60,833 bases of DNA from Octopus sinensis (Eukaryota). The notes beneath the pieces are model-generated. The model had not been told where the DNA came from. It searched no databases and saw only the letters and a list, made by a program, of their open reading frames with translations. Of this stretch, positions 51,321 to 60,833 are shown one piece after another; the first letter of the stretch is position 1, and every line of letters starts with the position of its first letter. The stretch spans positions 1 through 60,833 of the forward strand of contig NW_021834897.1 in the NCBI RefSeq assembly GCF_006345805.1, written 5' to 3'. A program made the translations under genes and the position numbers.

Positions 51321-51674
51321 TGTAAAGGCAGTACTCCAGCATGGCCGCAGTCAAATGACTGAAACAAATAAAAGAATATATATGTATGTTTATATCTGTG
51401 TGTGTGTGTGTGTGTGTGTTTTTATGTGTGTGTAACTTTTGTTTTACATTTAGTTTCTTTTTGTTAAATGTTGTTATGCAGGGGTCGGTCATGTTGAAGG
51501 AGACCGATGTCACGTAGTCACACGGTGAAAGAAGAAAATGAGACCCGCGTATTTCTTATTCCTCTCCCACCACGTCTTCTTCGCCGAACTAAAGGACCCC
51601 CATCATACATTCCGACATGCAAAGGTTAATCGTATCAGTGTTACGATTATGTTTTTAACATTTTTAAATACCAG

Positions 51675-51718
<44 letters not shown>

Positions 51719-51727
51719 TGTCAAGGA

Positions 51728-51936
51728 ACTGATCTAGATGTGCATTTCGTCCTTTCGTCGGGTTAAATTTTTATTTATTTTTCTCTAAGGATTCGTCATT
51801 CTCATTATTTTTATCAGTAGAAAACTCCCACACGTCATAGTTTCCGACAAAAGTTTTGGATATCTTCCTCCAGTTCCTGGTGGTTGACTGTAGATGTAGG
51901 TGTGAATTTTAATCCCTTCATCAATAATCGAAGTTC
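51728..51936 (-). mobile_element. Penelope-like element ORF fragment (N-terminal of RT)
   Basis: ELRLLMKGLKFTPT..ELEEDIQNFCRKL..DESL..KFNP.KGRNAHLD matches the KGL.F.PT / F.RKLR pattern of Penelope-like ORFs; stops and a frameshift. Confidence 0.7.
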
Positions 51937-52090
51937 CTTACTGTCTCTATTCCTAAATAATTCCTATCAGTCGTTTTCTCTTGGACTCCTTCTTTCTCTG
52001 GTGTTCACTGTCCGGACTGTATTATTACCTCTATTATCTGTTTCTTTATTGCCCACAAGGGGCTAAACACAGAGGGGACAAACAAGGACA

Positions 52091-52925
52091 GGTTGGCATA
52101 GCTTCCAGTGTATGTAGGTTCCAACTCTGTCATGTCTGTGAATATATTCCTTCTTAGCCAGGACTGGGCAGCCAGAGATAATATGATTTATTGTTTCTTG
52201 TCCATCTCCACATATTCTGCAGTTACTTGTTATATTTCTTTTCATTACATGTTTTTGGTAATTTCTGGTGGGGAGGCTTTGGTCTTGTGCTGCAATTAAA
52301 AATCCCTCTGTCTCTGCTTTGAGTCCTGAGCTTCTCAACCATTGCTGAGATTTTTCTTGGTCTATTTCTTTTGCATTTAGTTTAGTCCAATATTTACCAT
52401 GAAGGGGCTTTTCTTGCCATCGTTTTATCATGGTTCGTTGCTGTTCTATTTTTAGTTTGGATTTCATTTGTTTTATAGCTTTTGTTGTTTCTTCATCTTC
52501 TTTTTCTTCTTCTTCATATTTATTAGGTGGTATGATTTCTTGTTTGTATTTGTCAGTTTTTTGTTTTGCTCGTGTTTTGTCGCTATTTGTATCAGTTTTC
52601 CTTCCTTCTGAATTAGATATTTTTGCAGTCCTATGGTGGTTATTTTATAGTAGTTTTCCAGCTGTATAAGGCCTCTACCACCTTCTATACGTTGTATATA
52701 TAGTCTTTCTATGTCAGATTTTGGGTGATGCATCCTAGATCCTGTCATTATTTTTCTTGTTTTCCTATCTATTTTGGTCAGTTCATTTAGTGTCCAGTTA
52801 AGGATATTGTAGCTGTAACTTATAACTGGGACAGCTAAAGTGTTAATACCTATTATCTTGTTTTTAGCATTGAGCTCTGTTTTTAGTATTGATCTAACTC
52901 GTCTATTTATATCTAACTCGTCTAT
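52091..52925 (-). mobile_element. R4/Dong-like LINE fragment (RT thumb to CCHC zinc knuckle)
   Basis: IDRKTRKIM..SDIERLYIQRIEGGRGL; LHGKY; WLRSSGLKAETEGFLIAAQDQ; CRICGDGQETINHIISGCPVLAKKEYIHRHD; (ATT)n at its 5' side. Confidence 0.92.
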
Positions 52926-52941
52926 ATTGATCTAACTCGTC

Positions 52942-53005
<64 letters not shown>

Positions 53006-53094
53006 CACGTGCTTTCAGTGCACTACCGAACGCAGCTTTGTGTGCCTTGGCCACTTGCTGTGGTTTGTTGTGATGCTCATATATTTACTGATTA

Positions 53095-54730
53095 CACAAT
53101 GTAACACATGTTTTGTTTTTTTTGTAATTTTTAATGTTCATGTATGCAGTTTTTATCACTAAATTCAAAAATCACATTCGTTTTGACGTAACATCGATAT
53201 TTTTTTATTTATTCCTAATTTCATATTTGCTCGTTATATTTGTAACTTTTCTCTACAGCACTTTGTTGGTTCAATCAATTCTAGTATTGTAAGGATAATT
53301 ACACAACATTTAGTACTTTTTCATATATTGAAAAGTATTTAGGAAGTATAATATTAGTTAGAACAAAAAGAAACAATAAAACTCTGCACTGTAAATGCCT
53401 TGATAACTCTTTTCTTAAGATGAGACATGCTTTGACGATCGAGATTTTCTGGAGTGTATACCTTCATCTCTTCTGACTAGAGACCATATATAATCTCCCA
53501 TCATAGCAGTATCCCATTGTCCTTGGTATTTTCTTTCCATAGTTGCGACGTCCTGATGAAATCTCTCACCATAATCCTCACTTCATAGCGTTTCCAGTAC
53601 ACAGATGCCTTGCTGTCTTCCCCAGTAGATTCCATTCCTTCAACCTTCATGAAAGTTCAGCTCCTGACTTAGTAAGACCCAGAACCCTCATTAAATCATC
53701 TAGCTCACTCTGATTTGGAAAGTGAGGCTCTGAAGCCGTTCATGGTACGAAAGCTTCCTCCATTTCTTGGCTGCTGCTACTTGTTGACTCCTCAGATGAA
53801 ATATTTTCTGGTGGTAGTGGTACTCGTAAACTGTCAGGTGCTCTAGATGATGGTATGTCTGGATACTGAAGAGCTTGTCTTCTTTTCACTTTTCTGTACT
53901 TTGTCACATCGATCATACAAAAGTAACAGTCCTCGTGATGGTTCTTTGGCTCTCTCCATACCCTTGGAATGGCAAAAAGCATTGACCTTCCTGTACCTCT
54001 TGACCATCATTCTAGAGTAGACTGACAGCTTCCACATATCACATGTGGGGGCCCATGGTTTGTCCTGGTCACCCATGGACATTCCGAAATAGTCTGTACG
54101 CTATCCACAATTTAGCACCTTTCACGATCTATCGTGGATAGTTTCCAGATTCCCCTAGTCTTGCAGTGCTACTGGGTGGGTGGGCGCTACAGGTTCGAGA
54201 TAAGCTCTACCGGCACGGATGTGCTGTTGCACGGGCTTGTCCGATGTGCGCGTAGAGCGAAGAAATCGTTCTGCACACCCTCCGGTCATTGTTGACTTGT
54301 GAGATTATGTCGAACAACTGTTGTCACGTGTGGGACGGATCTGTCTGTCGGTCGAGTGTGTAGTGATGATCGCACCGCTGCCCTTCTTCAGTCGGGCAGT
54401 TTTCCTTTGCAGTAATACCTGCTTTTTTCCAATATAATAACCACACACATAGCAAAATGTATCTGGAGAATTTTTACATACTCTAGTAGCCATCCTGAAA
54501 GTAGCACAGCTTTGTAATTGGTCTGAAAGAGAAAATTAGACATACATTTAGTAGCGGAACATTATAACAATGCCGAATACATAATAACATTGAGAGTTGA
54601 CATATTTTTTTAACTTTTGGTGATACGCAAAAAATAATTTCATTTTTGGAATCAGCAGAAAAAATGGATTGATAAACAAACAAACAAAAAAATACAATAA
54701 ACAAATTTTGGGGGGAAAATTGTTACGTTG

Positions 54731-54732
<2 letters not shown>
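53095..54732 (-). mobile_element. Chapaev3-like (CMC superfamily) DNA transposon, internally deleted
   Basis: TIR CACAA(T/C)GTAACA at both ends, TTA TSD; CKNSPDTFCYVCG, GDQDKPWAPH, WREPKNHHEDCYFC, ELDDLMR, then directly GERFHQDVATMERKYQGQW..MGDY. Confidence 0.75.
54108..54412 (+). mobile_element. L1/Tx1-like ORF2 C-terminal fragment inserted in the Chapaev-like element
   Basis: ALQVRDKLYRHGCAVARACPMC..EEIVLH (zinc-knuckle region), then YVEQLLSRVGRI. Confidence 0.75.
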
Positions 54733-54784
<52 letters not shown>

Positions 54785-54941
54785 CATCATTTATGGTTTG
54801 CTTTCAGTATAACTTTATTTCAGCTGCCCCTTAGTACCGGGCATCCTCCGGAGGCCAAGAGTAGCAAGAGCACTTTTGCTTTGCTATTCATGCTAAAATG
54901 ATCACCACATTTGTTTCATTTTAGATGGAGAGTGCATTCCT

Positions 54942-55355
54942 TGTGGCTGTGTAGTAAGTAACTTGCTTACCAACCACATGGTTCCGGGTTCAGTCCCACT
55001 GCGTGGCACCTCGGACAAGCGTCTTCTACTATAGCCTCGGGCCGACCAAAGCCTTGTGAGTGGATTTGGTAGACGGAAACTGAAAGAAGCCCGTCGTATA
55101 TATGTATATATATATGTGTGTGTGTGTGTGTGTGCATGTATGTTTGTTTGTCTGTGTTTGTCCCCCTAGCATTGCTTGACAACCGATGCTGGTGTGTTTA
55201 CGTCCCCATAACTTAGCGGTTCGGCAAAAGAGACCGATAGAATATGTACTGGACTTACAAAGAATAAGTCCCGGGGTCGAGTTGCTCGACTAAAGGCGGT
55301 GCTCCAGCATGGCCGCAGTCAACTGACTGAAACAAGTAAAAGAGTAAAGAGAGTA
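54942..55355 (+). mobile_element. SINE family C, full copy
   Basis: Family head, microsatellite core and tail. Confidence 0.9.
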
Positions 55356-55599
55356 ACCATCAAGATTACCTTCTGTAGTTCACGGAGATTGGAGTTACCA
55401 GGGAGTTGCTGAATATACTTCACTTCTCAGCTCCTTTTTGCTCTGGTTTTAATTCGTACGAACTGCACTCAAGTCTCACATAGAGACGTCCTATGGAGAC
55501 GGAAAAGCTTTTTTTTCAGATACAGTTATGTGAGGTGCAAGGCAAATGAAGGAAACTGATGTCTCTCTATCTCTCTTATAAAGAAATCTCAATAGAATT

Positions 55600-55960
55600 T
55601 TAATAAAACTGATTGAATGAGATTGTATTTACACGGAGAGGAATTCACGTAAAAAATATGCTAGATACCCATAACTATTATCTCTTACCATTCGCTTATC
55701 TTGCGATTGCAAGGAATTTGCCCTGCATATTTGTTTGTTCCTTTTGATATCGTTCCAATTGCTCTAATGACAATACGCAATGTTGTTGCTTTGAGATGCT
55801 ACATTCTTCTGATTCTATCTCCAGATCTTTATATTTGTTCAATTTCACAAGCATTTTATTTTCATTTTTTATAGCGTGCTTTCACTTCACTACCGAGCGC
55901 GGCTCTGCGTGCCTTGGGTATGTGCTGTGGTTTGCTGTGATGCTCTTATGGTTACTGTAT
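55600..55960 (-). mobile_element. R4-like endonuclease C-terminal remnant, plus a short 3'-UTR-like terminus related to 53006-53094
   Basis: KLNKYKDLEIE..IVIRAIGTISKG; CGTGCTTTCA..CACTACCGA.CGC.GCT shared with 53006-53094. Confidence 0.6.
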
Positions 55961-56010
55961 TGATTATTATTATTATCATTACTATTATTATTATTATTAT
56001 TAATATTATT

Positions 56011-56343
56011 GAGTGAGAGAGCAGTTCATGCCATCAAAGTGATACTGGGGTAAAATATACGAAGCCCAGTATACCCATCATGACTACCCGTCTGATAAGG
56101 GTACACCAGGCACATGCATCACAACCATATGTGCGCGACATGGTGATCTCATATCAAGATAAACAGCACATGACCTTGCAGGTGGGGCCCAGTTAGAATT
56201 TTCTTCAGGTTGAGTAGCCCATCCCGCTCAAACGGTCCCTGAATAAGGGTTGTTTAAGGATGTTGAAAAAACCACCCCAATCTCCAGAGGTGAATTATTC
56301 AAACCCCAAAGAATCCCTCTCACACACTGCTATGATGCTCCCC

Positions 56344-56344
<1 letters not shown>
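56011..56344 (-). mobile_element. 560-bp element, 5'-truncated
   Basis: 3' half only; (ATT)n on both sides. Confidence 0.9.
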
Positions 56345-56383
<39 letters not shown>

Positions 56384-56523
56384 ATTATTATTATTATTAT
56401 AATTTAATTATTATTATATTATTATTATTATTTTTATTATTATTATCATTATTATTATTATTATTATTGTTATTATATTATTATTATATTATTATTATTA
56501 TTATTAATTATTATTATTATTAA

Positions 56524-56700
56524 GGCGCGGCGAGCTGGCAGAATCGTTAGCACGCTGGACGAAATGCTTAGCGGTATTTCGCTCGTTGCTACGTTCTGAG
56601 TTCAAATTCCGCCGAGGTTCACTTTGTCTTTCATCCTTTCGGGGTCGATAAATAAAGAACCAGTGAAACACTGGGGTCGATGTAATTTCAGGCTTTGTGC
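56524..56700 (+). mobile_element. SINE family A copy
   Basis: GGCGCGGCGAGCTGGCAGAATCGTTAGCAC head. Confidence 0.85.
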
Positions 56701-56718
56701 CTTTATTATTATCATTGT

Positions 56719-56750
<32 letters not shown>

Positions 56751-56752
56751 TT

Positions 56753-56956
56753 GCCTTTGCACAGCTTCTAACGCTGGGAGTGTACTACGGTGTCAGCTGT
56801 TCACTACTAGTGAACTAAGGTAACACCTCTTATTTTTCTAGCACCTTCCGGAGTATTCGAGCGGTTCCAAGCAGTGCTGCTTTCTGCAAGTGCTCCACCC
56901 TTATTGTAGCCCCTATTTGTTCCACGTACGTCACGAGATTTTCGCTCACTGTTCCA
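56753..56956 (-). mobile_element. R4/Dong-like 3' end, same family as 18907-19420
   Basis: YVEQIGATIRVEHLQKAALLGTARILRKVLEK* and shared UTR GAGGTGTTACCTTAGTTCACT..CAAAGGC; trinucleotide-repeat flanks. Confidence 0.9.
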
Positions 56957-57024
56957 GTAGTAGTAGTATAGTAGTAGTAGTAGTAGTAGTGGTGGCGGTG
57001 GTGGTATGGTAGTGGTGGTGGTGA

Positions 57025-57068
<44 letters not shown>

Positions 57069-57374
57069 TCACCACCACCATCACCTCCACTATCGTCATC
57101 ATCATCATCATCATCATTATCATCATCATCATCATTATTTTTAGCATTATTTATAGCCAAACATTAAAGCCACGCAGCGTTTCATCTCCGTACGTTTTTG
57201 CTAAAATTTCTTGTTTTTCTGCCCTTCAGACGCGTACCTTCTGATTTTATTATTCTATTGCTGTAGGTAGAAAGTAACCTGCTACCTCTGCAGGTATTTG
57301 TTTTAAGGGTGTTTCTAGGAGACGGGTTGCTCATTTTGAAATTTCTCAAAATATAAAATAAAACTCTCATTTCT

Positions 57375-59488
57375 TTACTCTTTTACTCTTTTACTTGTTT
57401 CAGTCATTTGACTGCGGCCATGCTGGAGCACCGCCTTTAGTCGAGCAAATCGACCCCGGGACTTATTCTTTGTAAGCCCAGTACTTATTCTATCGGTCTC
57501 TTTTGTGACGGGGATGTAAACCCATCAGCATCGGTTGTCAAGCAATGCTAGGGGGACAAATACAGACACACACACATACATATATATACGACAGGCTTCT
57601 TTCAGTTTCCGTCTACCAAATCCACTCACAAGGCATTGGTCGGCCCGGGGCTATAGCAGAAGACACTTGTCCAAGATGCCACGCAGTGGGACTGAACTCG
57701 GAACCATGTGGTTGGTTAGCAAGCTACTTACCACACAGCCACTCCCGCGCGCTTTTACTAAAAGAAAAAAGATGGCACCGAACAACGATATAATAATGTT
57801 CGACGCTCAAAAGAAAGGAAAGAAAAAAAAGAGAGTGGAAGAGGGTGCAACGGAGGAAATGAGAAAGAGAAATTCTTCTTAGGTTGTTCAACCATCCTTC
57901 TTGATGCAGGTCGAGAATCTGATAATGATGTTGTTGTTGTCATGGCAACAGAAAAGAAAATGATGCAACATGGAAAGTACAAAAAAAAAAAAAAGCAAGG
58001 TGCTGTGGGGTAAGTAGCTTGTTTACCAACCACATGGTTCCGGTTCAGTCCCACTGCGTGGCACCTTGGGCAAGTGTCTTCTACTATAGCCTCGGGCCGA
58101 CCAAAGCCTTGTGAGTGAATTTGGTAGACGGAAACTGAAAAGCCGTCGTATATATGTATATATATATATAGATATATTATATATTATATATATGCGTGTA
58201 TGTTTGTGTGCTGTGTTGTACCCCTAGCATTGCTTGACAACCGATGCTGGTGTGTTTATGTCCCCATTACTTAGTGGTTCGGCAATAAGAGACCGATAGA
58301 ATAAGTACTGGGCTTACAAAAGAATAATTCCCGGGGCCGAGTTGCTCGATTAAAGGTGGTGCTCCAGCATGGCCGGAGTCAAATGACTGAAACAGGTAAA
58401 AGAGTAAAAAGAGTAACTGTCACGTACCTCGATACGAGCAAAACAACAGCAAAAAACCTTCACCATCTGCAATAGTAAAAATGAGTACAACAACAAGAAC
58501 AAGACGGAAAAGTGGAATAATAAGAAATACAACAACAACAACAGCAGAAACAACATCGACAAATTTCTACTTTTGTAGCTCATCCACTCACAACAACAAA
58601 CAGTCAACAAACAACAAAATCTATACTAACACATGCAACCTAACAACAACTACAAAAAAACAAATACAGGATGAACAACAACAAGCATTATTACACATGG
58701 AAGCACTCCGTCGGTTACGACGACGAGGGTTCCGGTCGATCCGATCAACGGAACAGCCTGCTCGTGAAATTAACGTGTAAGTGGCTGAGCACTCCACAGA
58801 CACGTGTACCCTTAACGTAGTTTCTCGGGATATTCAGCGTGACACAGAGAGTGACAAGGCCGGCCTTTGAAAATACAGGTACAACAGAAACAGAAGTAAG
58901 TAAGAGTGAGAGAAAGTTGTGGTGAAAGAGTACAGCAGGGATCACCACCATCCCCTGCCGGAGCCTCGTGGAGCTTTAGGTGTTTTTCTCATAAACACTC
59001 ACAACGCCCGGTCTGGGAATCGAAACCGCGATCCTACGACCGCGAGTCCGCTGCCCTAACCACTGGGCCATTGCGCCTCCACACACAAAATCTATACTCT
59101 TTTTTTTTCTCTTTTTACTCTTTTTACTTGTTTCAGTCATTTGACTGCGGCCATGCGGAGCACCGCCTTTAAATCGAGCAAATCGACCCCGGACTTATTC
59201 TTTGTAAGCCCAGTACTTATTCTATCGGTCTCTTTTGCCGAACCGCTAAGTGACGGGGAGTAACACACCAGCATCGTTGTCAAGCAATGCTGGGAACAAC
59301 ACAGACACACACAACTTATATATATATACATATATACGACAGCTTCTTTAGTTTCCGTTACCAAATCCACTCACAAGTCATTGGCGGCCCGGGGCTATAG
59401 CAAAGACATTGCCCAAGATTCCACGCAGTGGGACTGAACCCGGAATCATGTTGTTGGTTAGCAAGCTACTTACCAAACAGCCACTCCT
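57375..59488. mobile_element. SINE cluster: C(-) 57375-57745, C(+) 58003-58415, B(-) 58699-59081, C(-) 59099-59488
   Basis: Family heads and tails read directly. Confidence 0.9.
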
Positions 59489-59952
59489 GACCCGATACTA
59501 ACACATACAACCTAACCACAACTACAAAAAAGCAAAAACAAATACAGAATGAACAACAACAAGCATTATTACACATAGAGCTACGTACACAAGCCGAAAA
59601 CTCTCATTGTCTTCAGCTGTTCGAAAGCGGAACAGTGATTTGATGCAGAAGGTAATAGGAAACCAAAAAAAAATATTGTCACAAAAGGAGAGGGACTTAG
59701 ACAAACACCTGTCGATCCCCCCACCCCTTACTGCCACCACCCAACTACCCAACAAGACCAATAGTTAATCCAAACAGACGCGAACTCTTATCTCAATTCC
59801 CCCACCGCTCCGCTCCCCCAGAATTCCGCTTTTCGTTAAAAGCCGAACAAACGAACCCTAGGAAGCAGGAAGCCTTTCACTAATTCTTCCTACATCAACG
59901 AGGAGGCTGAATCAACCAACTACTTCGAAGATCAACCTCGCTTCTTTTTCTT

Positions 59953-59984
<32 letters not shown>

Positions 59985-60001
59985 TCTCTTTCCCAACAAA
60001 C

Positions 60002-60715
60002 ATGGCTGTTCTCATAGTTGGGTGTATAAATGCTCGCGGTCTAGAATTAACTTGGAAGCATGGTTACTTACTCAACGATCTCAGGTTGCTTGACATAGAT
60101 GTTGTAGCCATCAGCAAGACCAGATTCCCTGGGACGCATGCATATCTGCCCATCTCCAACGACTATGAGATATTCTCATCTCGTGGTCTGTCTGGATCAG
60201 GTGGTAGGGTGTCAGTATTATTCCCGAAAACTTTAAATCTCAAGGTGCGAGCAATGTTCTTGGAGTCGAACACTGTTGTTGGTCTAGAACTGGAGGGACA
60301 GTACCTCTAGAGACTGATGGTCGTTGATATCCCAACAGAAATGAGAAGACCAGATTTCTTCAGACATCTAGAAGCATTACTGGAGATATCCGTATCACAA
60401 ATACTAATGAAAGACTGGTGTTGCATTTTAGACGCATAAAGGACTGTGTGGAGTTAGCACATAGGACAATGGGGTAAAAAAGCCTCGAAAACCTGCTCAG
60501 AAAGTTCCATCCAACTATTAGGTACCGACTGGATTTCCCCGATGGATATTGTGGGCATGGAGCAACCACAACATGTCATCCAGATCGTATTGCAATAGAA
60601 TAATTTGTGAGGTAGTGGATAGGAACGGCACCGGCGATATTATTCCAGTTATTTGTCTTATCGTTCTACTTTCTCTTCTCAAAATCTTTCGCTGTTTCAT
60701 TGGCTCTATCGACAA
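60002..60715 (+). pseudogene. L1/Tx1-like ORF2 apurinic endonuclease domain, inactivated
   Basis: MAVLIVGCINARGL..DIDVVAISKTR (catalytic E replaced by K)..SGGRVSVLF; in-frame stop at 60308; homology appears to continue in broken frames. Confidence 0.85.
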
Positions 60716-60717
60716 TT

Positions 60718-60833
60718 CTTATTTCTTTACTGCCCACAAGGGGCTAAACAAGAGGGGACAAACAAGGACAGACAAAGGGATTAAGTCGATTACATACGAC
60801 CCAGTGCGTAACTGGTACTTATTTAATCGACTC
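60718..60833 (-). mobile_element. SINE family A 3' part (tail A), cut by the window edge
   Basis: TTTCTTTACTGCCCACAAGGGGCTAAAC..GGATTAAGTCGATT. Confidence 0.9.

Overview
This is a 60.8-kb, AT-rich, gene-poor eukaryotic window. The repeat families look like those of Octopus (recognised from memory, not from a database search). No intact host gene could be supported, and most ORF-track entries are translated microsatellites. Contents: (i) at least three tRNA-derived SINE families in dozens of copies, with tandem arrays and chimeras; (ii) a ~560-bp non-coding retro-like element found almost only at (AAT)n tracts; (iii) decayed non-LTR retrotransposon fragments (R4/Dong-type RLE, RTE, L1/Tx1) and a Penelope-like ORF fragment; (iv) a bounded, internally deleted Chapaev3-like DNA transposon, mariner- and hAT-like MITEs and non-autonomous Helitron-like elements; (v) very long micro- and minisatellites. 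Main unexplained signals: several minimal type-I hammerhead ribozyme motifs, including a G3:C8 covariant one in a TSD-flanked fold-back element; a 100-bp unique SINE flank copied in inverted orientation, twice, into another SINE 5 kb away; the same head-(body-tailA)n-body-tailB SINE concatemer at three loci; and an (AAT)n-associated set of R4-like elements. All alignments and folds were done by eye, so boundaries may be off by several bases.
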